From: Podarcis pityusensis
Lineage: Eukaryota
Length of the DNA: 64,000 nt
Direction: 5' to 3' (one strand)
Assembly (NCBI GenBank): GCA_964106645.2
Contig: OZ067046.1
Position numbers and translations under genes: made by a program. Below the pieces are notes generated by a model that was not told where the DNA came from, made no database searches, and saw only the letters and a program-made list of their open reading frames with translations. Below are positions 1-12,900 of the stretch, one piece after another; position 1 is the first letter of the stretch, and the number at the start of each line of letters is the position of its first letter.

Positions 1-1119
1 GAAACCATTCTTTTCTCTAGGTTGTAACCACAAGTGCTGCTTTTTGCCCTATGGCTGGTTGTACAAATATCAACCCAGACCAGAAAATACCTTCCTGCCC
101 TTTCTATGAGTGGAAACAGAACACTTGTGTACATAAGAGCATATAATTAATTTTTTCTAGTGGCTACATTAGAAGTGGCATATGATTCTCCCTTACGCTT
201 CTTTTGACCTGCTGCCACTGCTGCACTTGGTAAATGTTGAAATGTGTCCTGACAATGGCAGGGACACATGGCAGGTCAAAGTAGTATACGCAACAGCTGT
301 GTGCTGCTTCCCACCTAGCTGACTTCCCCATGCAATGTGAGAATGTACATGCTTTTGTAGTCCTCTGCAACTATTCAGTGGGGTCTAGGATGCTGCCTCT
401 GCCTGCCTCTTCTCATCTACTGTCGTATTGAGGAAAATGCAGGAAAATCTTTCTGGACACTGGTGAGGATGGGGAGACACAAACCCACCTTCCACCTTGC
501 ACTACCTTTTGCCAGTTAGTTGCTGACCAGAGCCATAAATCAGTGAGGGCTAATGATCTAACAATTGGACTGGGACTTCTGGAGATTGGGCTTTTCTCCC
601 ACCAGAGACTGAAGCATCTCTTACTAACAACTCTTCCACTGATGAATCATCATCCTGATTGGTCTACTGCAGAGACACACACTAAGATGAATAACCTCAG
701 TGATTCTCAGATTTGATCTTTGCTTTCTCAAAATTGTTTAGGTATTTGGTAGATGCCTAATAGCTCTTATGTATAACAGCCTAACTTGTGGCTATTCTAA
801 GTAGGTGTATTGGGCCTTGTTCTAAAGTAAACACAGTAGTATTGCTTCCAAAACCCTAGTCTGAATATGGCAGGCATCAACATTTCAGAATAGCTGTTCC
901 CTAGAATGCTGTTTGTATCCAGGTACAGAAGTCGCTGCTATAGTTTATGTGTCTCCATTACACTGAGGTGGCTTTTGGCAGCCATGTTGCACAGTTAGAA
1001 TCGGGTCTCCATTTGTTTTGTTATCCATAAATTTCTTTATGCATTCGTCTAATAGTTTTCTGTTTTGCTGGCACTAGCACCCACAAAGGATCTACACAAA
1101 TGCTTAGCCTATGTTATAG

Positions 1120-1312
1120 AAATATAGAATTGTTGAGTTGGAAGGGACCCCAAGGGTCATCTAGTCCAACTCCCTGCAATGCAGGAACTTAACTGAGACA
1201 TACATGACAGGTTGCCATCCAACCTCTGCTTAAAAACGTCCAAAGAAGGAGAGCCTACCACTTTCCAAGAGAGTCCGTTCCACTGTCAAACATCTCCTAC
1301 TTCCAGAAAGGT
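1120..1312 (-). mobile_element. CR1 LINE 3' fragment
   Basis: Reverse complement of the CR1 tail (…ggactagatgacccttggggtcccttccaactc…attctat) plus upstream ORF2 C-terminal sequence similar to 14502-14743. Confidence 0.8.
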
Positions 1313-2748
1313 TTTACATGGCAACCAAAATGGAAAGGGAGGCCTGGGATTTGCCAACTACTGGAGTTGGCTCCAGAATGAACTCGAGTTGGCTTGGCTT
1401 TCTTGATGATTGTAAAATAAAAACACCACTGCTAAGAGTGATAAGCATGCACAGTCACTTGAGAGGACTGGACTGAGGGAAATTTGCATAGATATTCTCA
1501 GTTGTATTTCTTGATAGTTTTAACCTGCTGAGCCTCATGCCATTCAGTGGGACTCTCTTACTTCACATTTTGCTTTCCCAGCTGAAATTAGCTTTGCACC
1601 CCTTTGCTGAACTAATCTCTTCCCCACCCCCAACATGAATATGGGATAGATTTTTTGAAATTCATTGCCTGTATCATACATGTTAGCGTTCACCACTTTT
1701 TAGTATGTTTCAGAGGCTGTGTCCAAGGTAAACAATGAGAGATTAAAGATGAATGTTTTGCTAGTGCCTATGGCTGCAGGATAAATGCAATAAAATTACC
1801 TGTATATTTTTACCTGCCTAATGTGGAAAATTCTCATGAGTGTTGGTTGATAATGATTTGACCTGACTTTATTTCATTTCTAAGCAAGGAGGAACATGGC
1901 CAAGGACCCCCCTCGACCTATGAACAAGTATTGCTGATATAGTGACTTAGGGCATTTGAATACTTTAATTGCCTTCCCTTGATATAACAGGGTTCATGTT
2001 TTGTAACCTTGTTTTGTTTAACAATTATGTCTGTGCCATAAATAGTTCTAGTTTCAATCTTCCACACACCTGTGGTTTATTTTGGTTTTATTATATGTCT
2101 ATTTGTTCGACAGTGATCTATAACTGTATATGGACTGTGTATATTGCCACAAGATCCTGTTTGATAACATTATATTTGCAGAATCTATTACAACCTTTTT
2201 TTTTGAAAATTAATAAATGTTATATTAAAATCTAAGAGAACCTATGGTAAGGGGAGTAGATGAGTGAGATGATGGCATACATGGTCTGGAAAAGAAATCT
2301 CATGAATTTAAAAGCTTACACTGATGACTGGAGAACCTTTTCATTCAGATATTGCTTTTGAGCATGGCAACATTGGTGTACTTTAGGCAAGAAGAGATCC
2401 ATGGTGAAAATGCACAACCCTGTAGTACTGTATATGCTATAAACTCGAAACCACTGTAGGGGTAAGTGTGAGGTCTATAACAATGCCTGCAATTTGCTCT
2501 GTTGCTAAATAATTAAAGTCTTTCATCTTTAATTCAAATCCATTCTTGCTTTATCCTGTAGCAGTTGCTGCTTTTGTATGCTGCTTTTTCAGTACCAAAG
2601 CGGAGCTGAAAGTGGATCACAACAGTTACAGAGTGTCTTTTTTAAAAAGCAAACAACAAATATAACCATATCAAACAGGTTATGAGCACACTAGGAAAGC
2701 AGATTCTAACAATTACATAAACAATACAGTTCCATGGAACTAATAATA

Positions 2749-2964
2749 CAGTGATACCTCGGGTTACAGACGCTTCAGGTTACAGACTCCGCTAACCCAG
2801 AAATAGTACCTCAGGTTAAGAACTTTGCTTCAGGATGAGAGCAGAAATCGCATGGCAGCAGCGGGAGGCCCTATTAGCTAAAGTGGTACTTCAGGTTAAG
2901 AACAGTTTCAGGTTAAGAACGGACCTCTGGAACAAATTTAAGTACGTAACCAGAGGTACCACTG
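2749..2964 (+). mobile_element. Tc1/mariner (pogo/Tigger-like) MITE, family A copy 1
   Basis: TIRs CAGTGATACCTCGGGTTAC…GTAACCAGAGGTACCACTG with TA on both sides. Near-identical to copies at 6761, 13701 and 46323. Confidence 0.9.
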
Positions 2965-4179
2965 TAACTGAAAAATAATTCATCAGCAATAGCTGCTGAG
3001 TCACCAGTCCACTACCACTTGTCATAATCCCTATGTGACGGGTTTCCTTACTCAGTTTCACAGTACGGGCCTGGGCAGCAGCTTCCTTCATAGTTTCAGC
3101 CACAAGGGAGGTGGAGCTGGTCAGCTTACACCTCAGCTCTGGATGGATCAGGCTATCTACTGCAAGGAGCAGCAAGATCATACTGACTTCTGCCATATTT
3201 AACAGAGGGTTATCCCTTCCCTTTAGTGTGGCTTTGCTTGCTTCATGCATTGGGGAAAGACTTGCCGCTTTCTGCACTATCCTACTTACAGTGGTCTCTA
3301 CTGTATTTAACTACTTACAACCTCCTTTGTTCTGTCCCAGCAAATTCTATATAGTACTACATTTTTCATAAGCGTCTAATATCCTTTATTGCCAGGAATG
3401 GCTAACCACTCCCCCATGTGGTGAGCCACATAGCTGCAGCCTCTTAGGGAGGAATCTTCCAAATCCTGCCTCCACCACAGCGGCTGCTCATTGATCCCTC
3501 CTGAGCATGGAGTATATAAGGAGGACGTGCTTTTCATTGAAACTTGTTTGAGCAGCTGGATTCTCATGTGTGCATGCACATTTTGTTTCTGCTCTTGCTC
3601 TTTGGTCCTGACTTGCTGTGGCAGTCCTGTCTCCTAGATTTCTCTTGATTATGACTCCCAGTTTCTGACTCACTTTAGCCCACTGCCTATAGACCAGATC
3701 TGACACTTGCTTAATTTTCCTGTAGGCTGTGACAAAGCAGACATGACTTGTATTTGCAGTTGCTCTTCAACCTTCTATTTTCCCACATATTTTGATTTAT
3801 TAAGCTGTGTGGCAGTGGCTTGGTTCAGATGATTGATCACATTCTGACTTCCTTCCTGGTTTGTTGTCTGTTGTTAAGTCAGAGTTTCTCAGTTTGGACG
3901 TAGCTTATTACAACCCAGGATCTCTGTGCCAAAGTCCGTGTGTGATGGGAGAAAGGCAAGGAAACTTCTCATTCCCAGTTTCATAACTTGTGTTGCTTAA
4001 AATCTTGAATCATTTTCTGAACCAGACCACTGGGTCCAAAGCTTTCTTAAGCTGTTAGTCAGCAGTTTTTAAAAGGGCAGACACTAGGGACTAGTTCAGT
4101 GCAAATTTTGGAAGGAATTGTTCCTTGCTCTCCTCACTACAGGAGAAGCGAAGACCAAACAGGAACATCTTGTAGTTAA

Positions 4180-4340
4180 TATAAACACAAGAAGAGCCAT
4201 TCTGGATCAAACCAAATACCAATCTAATCAATCATCCTGTTCCCACAGTGGTCAGCCAGATGCCTGTGGAAAGTGCAAGCAGGACCTAAGTGTAACAGAA
4301 CTCTCTCTCTGTTTGCGATTCCTAGCAGCTAGCATTCAGA
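4180..4340 (-). mobile_element. Old CR1-type/SINE 3' remnant
   Basis: aagaagagccattctggatcaaacc…catcctgttcccacagtggtcagccagatgcc resembles a common squamate retroposon tail. A weaker relative lies near 20370-20450. Confidence 0.5.
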
Positions 4341-4364
4341 CGCATACATACATGAATTTCAGTA

Positions 4365-4597
4365 CAATCATACCTCATGTTACGTCCGCTTCATGTTACG
4401 TTATTTCAGGTTACGTCCCACCGTGACCTGGAAGAAAGGGTTACTTCCGGGTTTTGCCACTTGCACATGCACAGATGCGCAAAATGACGTCATGCGCAGA
4501 TGCGCAAAATGACGTCATGCGCAGAAGCGGCAAATCGCAATCCGCATGTGTGCAGACGGGCTGCTGCGGGTTGCGTTCGCAACCAGAGGTACCACTG
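4365..4597 (+). mobile_element. Tc1/mariner-type MITE, family B (CpG-rich, internal 25-bp tandem duplication)
   Basis: Right TIR AACCAGAGGTACCACTG+TA is shared with family A. The left TIR TA+CAATCATACCTCATGTTAC is degenerate. The interior differs from family A. Confidence 0.8.
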
Positions 4598-5304
4598 TAG
4601 TATGGTTGTTCCTGCCCCTGGAAGATTTAAGGTTAAATAAGCTTACAGAGAATTTCCAAAGTGTCTTCTGATCAAGTATTTACAAATAGATTAGGACTCA
4701 GCAGTGGGTAACAGGATTCTAGTGAGTAAGGTACCAGTTTGACAGCAGTTAGTCTTGAGGGCAGCACGATACAACTGGGTCAACTAGAGGGTGTTTAAAC
4801 TAGTGGTGCCATTCAAAGTCGACATGAACTATTTAATCTTAATGTATTTATAATTAATTCCATTTACATAAGAATGCTTCCTATACCTATTTAGATCACT
4901 GAAGCACATAAGAATAAACAAGACAGATCAAGAATTTCAGCCTGCCTCAGACTACCTGCCTTTTTTTGGCAGCTCAAACATTCTTTACTTCGCATATCTT
5001 GAGCTATTATTAATAACGCCACACTCTTTTTCAGCATGCTATTTGCCAGCTGAACAGGATTATGCAGCTTAAACTGCCACTACCGTGTGAATGCCATGTA
5101 ACAATTGGTTAGTGTGTGTTTTTCCATTTGCTCGCTTATATGTATTATATGGAATATTTCTAGTAAGTCAGATACGTTATCAAAGAACATTAGAAGCTTC
5201 TGTTATGAAGTGCTTGAACTTTTAAAAACATTTTAAATTTGTAGCACACCTAAAATCCATTGATGCAGTTATGAAAAGGCAAGTAAGTTTCTGCTAAAAA
5301 TACT

Positions 5305-5426
5305 GGGTTGAGTCCAATATTGTGTGAGTTCCACTTGTGCAACAGGACTTCCCCTGCCTCTCTGCAGCCTCCTGCTTTTCTGCCAAATCTTTTCTGGAGG
5401 GTTTCCTAACCTGTCGGATACAACCC
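5305..5426. mobile_element. Short MITE with GGGTTG termini and 3-bp TSD (PIF/Harbinger-like)
   Basis: GGGTTGAGTCC…GGATACAACCC inverted termini, flanked by ACT on both sides (5302-5304, 5427-5429). Confidence 0.6.
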
Positions 5427-6269
5427 ACTGTTCTTTTCACAAAATGAACTGAACAGTCTACAGGTGGTTCACCTCCTCCTCTTAAGATTTTCTATGTAGA
5501 GTAGTAAGATTTAAGATACGGTAGTACAATTTAGTTAAACTGAATATTTCTGTGTGCTGATGACCTTTCCAGTACATGCTTACATGGCTTACTTAGTAGT
5601 GAACAAAGTTTTTCAATTCAGTATTTCAATAGGCAAAATGTGAAAATGGATAGAGTATTGTACTTGAATTTGGGCTTATCATAGCTGAGCTATAGATACA
5701 TAAGTAGGGAGGGGTTTAGGCATGTCACATTCTTTGAAACTCAGTTGTCAACATCTTAAATGAGATTACAAGGTGGTAGCTCAGACAGTTGCTTATTAAA
5801 GTGCAGCATACATACCTATCTTTTTGTTTCCCTGCATTTGGAGAACGATAAGAATATTTGTTTGGCTGTTTTATGGTATATTTTGTTTGAAAGGTGTACT
5901 GGGGTACAAAGATGCAATCTGCCACTGAATTCTTGAAGAGCAGCTGTAGTACTTCTTTAACAGCTGGTACTATCCTGAGACGACCAAAGAGTTATACTTA
6001 ATCATGAGATAAATCATGTTATAGCTGATAAGGATTGGACTGACATTTCTAGAATGTTTGCAGAATGCAAGACGATCATTGGGGTTTGTGTTACATATTT
6101 GAAATACTTTCTGAAATATTTAATGGAGGAGGAAGACAAATGTTCGTGAAATGTTAATTTGAAAGCAGGTAGGGCAAGTGAAGCAGAAGTTAGGATTTAA
6201 AACAACAATACTTCCCTGTTCAAAATATACTCAACAAATGTCTAGCTAATGCATTTTTTAAAACATATA

Positions 6270-6521
6270 CAGTGGAACCTCAGTTTTCTAACATAATCCG
6301 TTCCGGAAGACTGTTCAACTTCCAAAACGTTTGAAAACTGAGGCACAAAGGGCGACCTGCCAGTTCAGTAGAGAAAATTGTGAAAAACAACAGATACATG
6401 CAGTGGAAGCCATTCAACTTCCAAGGCGCATTCGGAAATAGAAGCATTTACTTCTGGTTTTTTGGCGTTCAAAAACCGGAACATCCGGTAACGGAGAGGT
6501 CCGAAAACCGAGGTACCACTG
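6270..6521 (+). mobile_element. Tc1/mariner-type MITE, family C copy 1
   Basis: TIRs CAGTGGAACCTCAGTTTTC…GAAAACCGAGGTACCACTG flanked by TA. Confidence 0.85.
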
Positions 6522-6760
6522 TACTCTGTTCTCTGCAAATGGAAGTAGCGCCTTGTACAGTTAACAAAGTTGTGCATATTACTGCTTAGATGATTTTGAA
6601 GCCTTTCCCTTTCCCTATGATTCTTCATTTCTCTGCCTTATGAAATATAACAGTAGCACAACCCTTCCTGAGGTCATCCAGGGAAGCAGGTGAGTTATAA
6701 TAAGCAGACCAATATCACGAAATCTCCAGTGATAACTGGGACACACAGCTTTGTGATGTA

Positions 6761-6958
6761 CAGTGGTACCTCGGGTTACATACGCTTCAGGTTACAGACA
6801 CCGCTAACCCAGAAATAATACCTCGGGTTAAGAACTTTGCTTCAGGATGAGAACAGAAATCGTGCTCCGGCAGCAGGAGGCCCCATTAGCTAAAGTGGTG
6901 CTTCAGGTTAAGAACGGACCTCTGGAACAAATTAAGTACTTAACCCGAGGTACCACTG
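6761..6958 (+). mobile_element. MITE family A copy 2
   Basis: Perfect TIRs CAGTGGTACCTCGGGTTA…TAACCCGAGGTACCACTG, TA TSD. Confidence 0.92.
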
Positions 6959-8319
6959 TATTATTATTCTCATCCTGTGGAATACCTGTTTTAAATCTAC
7001 TCACTTATCTCCTACCAACAATTACTTCATGTGGGGTGTGTTACTGTTACACTTAATGTGGCACAGAAATGAGACGCACTTCTGCACTCTGGTCTCCACA
7101 TACATATGTGTAGTGTGGCCCTTAGGCCAGCATGTCTGTCAGGAGCAGTAAAGCAGTCAGGTTCTGCAGAATTTGAAGTGTTCATTAATTGGGGAGTTCA
7201 CATTTAAAAGAACAATTTGCCACCCTGATTTAAGTTAACATTGAATGGCAAACATTTTTTTAAAAAATCTTACTTATGAAAAACAACTAACTTCCAGATT
7301 GCTTTGTGTCTCATAGTAAGTATCTCATAAGAAGCAGTATAAATAATGCTAAATGTTGTAGTGATCACTCTTATCCATTTGAGGGCAGATGCTCACAAGA
7401 TAAGAGTTCTGTTAAGTTTCACTGTCTCCAGCTTGCAAGTGATATGTTCAGTAATACTTCTCTTCATTGTAAACAACTTTTTACTATATGGTCAGTGAAA
7501 ATTCCATTTTCATAATAACTTAATTAAAATTTCAGCGACTCCAAGTGAGTTAATTCCAATTTCAATAATGGTCCAGCAATTTCAGTATCAGCTCTCAGCC
7601 CATCACCACTTCTTGTTTTTATACACTCTACATAAATTTTGAGTAATGTAATGTATGGGTAACACATCATGACTAGGAATAGCTGTTGCTTTGTACCATC
7701 CCTTTAAACTCAATATCATTTTTAAATATCTGAGTGAACGGTGATCCAATCTTTATTAGTAAGCATAACTAAGATTGCCCTCAGTGCCATTGGAAATTTG
7801 CACAAGGATGCTTATTATTCCTAGGCTCTGAGAATATTTCTTCTATGCTTCCTATAAGGAGAGCAGCATGATGCTGGCAGCCCAGCTCAGACCCAAAATT
7901 TATAGGATACTGGAAAATGGACCATCAGCCTTCATTCCTCTGATACTTTCCCTTGCATTTATTCCTGCATCTCCCCAAACTTTGTCCACAACTTCCTGTT
8001 TTCTTAGTTCCTGTGATTTGCAGTGTCCCTACTTGTTTATCCTTTCCCACCCCAAATGGCTGCAACTATTTTGTTTGTTTGTTTCTGTGAGGATAGCAAT
8101 CATGGCTATTAGCGTCATAGCTTGAAAAGAAAAATGCTGACTATCTTGTGATATAGCTTGTCCTCCTAATCTAGGTAAATACCATGAACGATTTATTTAT
8201 TTAGTTAATTGTTTTACATACTGCTTCCTATTTCAAGAGAGATCTGTGCTTTTACAAAAAAGAATGATTATATGAAATACACATTCAAAACGTATTCCAC
8301 ATTTTAAGCAGCATGATTA

Positions 8320-8665
8320 AAGGTAAAGGGACCCCTGACCATTAGGTCCAGCCATGGCCGACTCTGGGGTTGCGGCGCTCATCTCGCTTTATTGGCCAAG
8401 GGAGCCAGCGTACAGCTTCCGGGTCATGTGGCCAGCATGACTAAGCCGCTTCTGGCGAACCAGAGCAGCACACGGAAACACTGTTTACCTTCCCGCTGGA
8501 GCGGTACCTATTTATCTACTTGCACTCTGACGTTCTTTTGAACTGCTAGGTTGGCAGGAGCAGGGACCGAGCAACGGGAGCTCACCCTGTTGTGGGGATT
8601 CGAACCACCAACCTTCTGATCGGCAAGTCCTAGGCTCTGTGGTTTAACCCACAGTGCCACCCGCG
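8320..8665 (-). mobile_element. Sauria SINE (Squam1; lacertid type), near full length
   Basis: The minus strand reads CGCGGGTGGCACTGTGGGTTAAACCACAGAGCCTAGGACTTGCCGATCAGAAGGTTGGTGGTTCGAATCCCC… (tRNA A/B boxes), ends …GGGGTCCCTTTACCTT, and has TSD TGATTA at 8314-8319 and 8666-8671. Confidence 0.93.
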
Positions 8666-9389
8666 TGATTAGGCAACAGTAAATAGCCCTAAACTACGTG
8701 CATAGGTAAAACAACTGAGAACTACAGAAGCACATCATATACAAGGCATCAAAATGCAACAGGGAAAAGCTACTCCTTTTTGCCTATCTCTCACCTGGAG
8801 AAATGCAAACACCTTTTCTCCTGAGGAGATAAAAACCCTCTCCTCCCAGTCAGACACAGCCACCAGTTACACCTTACACTCATCAACTCATGGGGAGCAT
8901 CTCGGACAAAAATAAGAAAAACCAATATTCATCAAAGAACAATAATGAGCAAATTAGTAAAAAAGGAGTTGGCCCTCATAGTGACTCTGGGGTTGGCAAA
9001 TCCACTAAATCAATTCACATTGCGGCTGCTGTCACTGTTCTGTAAGCAAGAGATCGAGTCAAAGTTGACATAGTCCTGACCGTATCTTGGTCATTCTGAA
9101 CATAGGCAAGACACTTCATAATAATACGGTACTGCATTATTATATATAATCCCAAACATGAAGAGGTTTAATTTCTTCTTACATAATTAGAAAATGTTAT
9201 GTTGTATTTTGTTTCAGGTTGTTTGATCTGAAGGTATTAGGGCAACGTCTCCCACTTTTAAAAAAATCAGTCAAAACCATAACTTATGCATTTGATTCTA
9301 GTTTGAAGCTTTGCTATTTTAGTTCTAAGCAATTGAATTTTTTTTAAATGTCACCTATTTTGACAGTGTATGTGTTAGTGATACTGCAT

Positions 9390-9450
9390 GGGTGGGCCAA
9401 TAGCTATTTGATTGGCAGGGACAGTCTGTCGGCATAGTCGTTTATAATTC
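9390..9450 (+). promoter_or_regulatory. Putative FBXW7-gamma proximal promoter motifs
   Basis: CCAAT (9397-9401) and inverted ATTGG (9411-9415), TGATTGGCAG (9409-9418) and TTTATAAT (9441-9448), about 220-270 nt upstream of the gamma ATG. Confidence 0.45.
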
Positions 9451-9665
9451 CGCTCTATACTAGGAGAGCTTGCACTTCACTAAGCAGCAGACAGGTCAAG
9501 ACACTTGGTAGGAGAGATTGAGAAGATTGAGACAAAGGAAAGCAGGCCTTGGGAAGCAGAATCCTTTGCTTAAAAACCCTCAGTTACACCAGATTACAAT
9601 TTTGTTGAGCTTCTTAGTAATGCCCTTTTGTTACAAACAATTCTGGACCATGTGAGAACTGTACA

Positions 9666-9812
9666 ATGTCAAAACCAGGAAAATCACCCGTAAATCATGG
9701 CCTGGTTCCTGTTGATCTTCCAAGTACAAAAACGCCATTGCCCCACCAAACTGTGATGAAGATATTTAGCATCAGCATCATTGCGCAAGGCCTTCCTTTC
9801 TGTCGTAGACGG
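9666..9812 (+). CDS. FBXW7: FBXW7 gamma-isoform first coding exon (49 aa)
   Basis: MSKPGKSPVNHGLVPVDLPSTKTPLPHQTVMKIFSISIIAQGLPFCRRR matches the recalled mammalian gamma N-terminus (MSKPGKPTLNHGLVPVDL...GLPFCRRR). Phase-0 donor CGG|GTAAGT at 9812/9813; A at -3 of the ATG. Confidence 0.95.
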
Positions 9813-12800
9813 GTAAGTGCTATTATTTTTGTCCCCTTGTATGTGAAGGCCTGCTGTTGTATACTGTATCTTTAAGTACCATAGCTCTGGTGTGGCAGTA
9901 TCGGTCCATGAAGGATCATACGTTATTTTCCTTTGTGATTTTCTTGTGGAACCTACATAATTTGAAATTAGAAAAATTATGTATATGTGCATTCTTTAAC
10001 AGTATGTTTGGCCCATGTCGTTTTCAAAGATTGTTCTCCAATTCTGTTGAAGAATAAATTAAAACATCAAATTGTAAAAATTAATTATGGTGTCTTTGCA
10101 GGATAAGTTATTCAGTGCTGCTGTGCGAATATTTTCTTTGTAACTCCTTACAAGAAATGTTTCATAGGTAATACAAGCTTCAAACTTTTGTATTAAATAA
10201 TGCTGTTGGGGAAATTAAGTGTACTTTGATAATTTGTGTATGACAGAACAACACTGGCCCCTCTGCAAATGGGACTCCTGCAATGGAGCCAGTAGCTTTT
10301 CATTTAAATTTAATTGTGATTTTAAACACTTTATTACAAGTAAAATTCAAAAGTGGTCAACTTAATTAATTAATTTTTTTCTTTATGTCTATCTTGTTCA
10401 GCGTTGTGATAAGGGTCAGAATGAGATGTCTACTTCCACTTTAGGTTGGAGTGGCTAGTGGTTTGAGCTGCTTGCCCATGTGTGTGCTACAGTTTACTTT
10501 AAAATAACATTTGGTAATGCCCAGCAAGCTTTCTGAAAATTTCAGATTTATTTTCTATAGCAAAATCTAAATTTCTTTTTAGTAAAAACCAGCTGGTAAA
10601 GAACATGGAAGCAAATTTAAGTTCTAGAAATGAATGACACTTTGAATTTCTCCTAATTACTTAAACCTTCAATTGACTGATGCCAACTTTCTCCTTGTTT
10701 GAATTCAATTATTAGGTAGCAGTCAAATGTTTACAGTAATCCTTGCAAGTAAAAATACTTTTGTTATGAGATCTGACAGTTCATGTCTTATGCATCTCTA
10801 GCACTAGTTATATTCAGCTTGTGTTGAGCACATTACTATAAATGGTCACAGAACACAACAGTTAGCCATCTGATTATTCTATTACTTTATGAAGATGCAA
10901 AGTAGGACTCAGTGCTAGTTACTGGTTTCTGTGTATGAAAAATGCTAGATCTTCTTACAAAATAATATTGTGAAGAATTAATAGTGTATCAACTTAAAAA
11001 AAATCTCTTAAAATTAAAGCATCCACAGATGTACTGTTTTATATTCTCAATTAAATGAAATAGAAGTTTCAGGCTACAAAACATTTATAAAGAAACCCAT
11101 GCAATTATACATGTATCACACTGGTAAATAAGAATAGTATTAATCTCATTAAATATTGATGACTAATGTGTATATAAACTGTAAATTACATAGTGCATAC
11201 TGTAAAATTATTTTCTTTCTACTTTAAAGTTTCCAGTAACATGCATTATTATTTAATAATCATAATTTGGCATGTATTTTTTTCTTGGGCATGGCATGGG
11301 CATCAGTTTAGGTGCGCTCATTTCACCCGTTCTGTTCATGGTTCATGCTACCTTTTGAGCTTCTACAATGACATACCTGACTGTAGTTTATGGTCTCTCC
11401 ATCAAAGTATGCACTCTTATGAACATGGTTTAGTGGAATTTGAAAGCTGTAGCCACCTCTGATTGCTGGCAACTTCAAGTAACTTCATTTTTATTTGTCT
11501 AAACTGATGCCCTTCATTTTAAGCACATAATGAAGGTTATATGAGCTTATTCAGTATTTATTTGGGAATTTGCAGCTAGTATTTGTTTCAATGGGTTATA
11601 ATCCATTCCAGCAGTAGAGATCATTTCTCACATCACTGCTTTACCTTAAGTAATATACCACATGCTCCGCACAAAACACCACATAACTTTTCTCAGCTCT
11701 CTGCACTATTAGATCTTAAATGTGACTGGAATATTCCCCAAAATGAAAACTGCATTTCTTCGTTCACTTCTGTGAAACGATACTAAAATGTGTATGACAA
11801 TACAAATAGAATTTAAATTTTAGTCAGTTTAAATCTGAGAGATTTTTTCATTGCTATAGTGTGTTTTTTTAATAAAAAAAACCCTTTCAAATCCCATGTC
11901 ATGAAAATAGTGAGACTAGAGGGATTGACATGAAAAGTATATTGTGATATAGAAATACCCTACTAATGCTATATTGCAGGTAAATCTCAGAAGCGTTGTG
12001 CTAGACTTTGATCACTGACATGCAATTCAAATGTTTTGAGCACTGCAGTGAAATTCTCCTGTAGTTTTCTTTTTAAAATTCTATGATTTTAGCCTTGAGC
12101 AACCCACCTACCTGATCTGCACCATCTGGGTGTCTTTTGTGCAAATATGTTAATATTTACCTATCTAGAATTTAAGAAAGGTTTTATTTGTACCGTGATC
12201 CCAGGAGCACATTTAAACAAATACAAGGGTTTGCAACCTGTTAAATAAAGTCTAATCCCATCCCCAGTTTAAACAACAGCAGTTTCTTTCTTTACTTCAT
12301 TGCTCTACAGTTTGGGGAACTTCTTTGAGCTCTAAAAGTTACTTTGATTTTGATTTTTTTCTTTGAAGCCCAGCTAGATGCATGGAGTTAGTTCTCTGAC
12401 TATGTCTATTGACGGACACTTTTCAGGGTGTTGGATAGTCTCTAATATAAGAAACACACAGTGTGGAATGGTGCTCTTTTTTGTAGTGTGTGTGTTGTTT
12501 TGTCAGGCATACATAAGTATTAATAGCAACCACATTTTGTGATTATAGATGCCCGTGTAGTCAAAATAGCATTATTTATGCACTTAGAGAGCAAGTATCA
12601 TTCAAGGAGCCTTAAGGTTTAGAGAAGTACATTTTATTTGGAGGGGGGAAACCTAAAGGGAGAAACCCATAAAACAACCAGTGAAGACTGACCATGTTTG
12701 GTCTGCATGGAATGTTTATTGATCTTTGGAAGAACAGAAAACCAAGGTGAGGGAAGATAATGGGAATAATGGGCAGGCTGGAACCATAAGTAGGACGAAA

Positions 12801-12824
12801 CTCTTGTCTTCATTATAATACCAA

Positions 12825-12900
12825 CTTTTATTTATTTATCAGATTTGTTACCCGCCCTTCACAATAAGGGTCTCAGGGCAGGTTACAACAATATATCATG
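12825..12900 (-). mobile_element. L2-type LINE/SINE 3' end remnant
   Basis: (TTTA)n followed by atttgttacccgcccttc…ctcagggcaggttacaa, typical of the reverse complement of L2-clade tails. Confidence 0.55.

Noticed and set aside
2749-2964. Reiterated TCAGGTTAAGAAC motifs resembling a CRISPR-like array
   Set aside because: This is eukaryotic DNA. The motifs are short, irregularly spaced and internal to a TIR element.
2891-3371. 128-aa minus-strand ORF and overlapping plus-strand ORF
   Set aside because: They use non-ATG starts, have no recognisable domain, and the minus ORF ends inside a MITE.
1-9665. Search for the alpha-specific exon (acidic, MNQELLSVGSKRRR…) and the known circ-FBXW7 exons
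   Set aside because: No matching sequence was found. They are expected upstream of the window.
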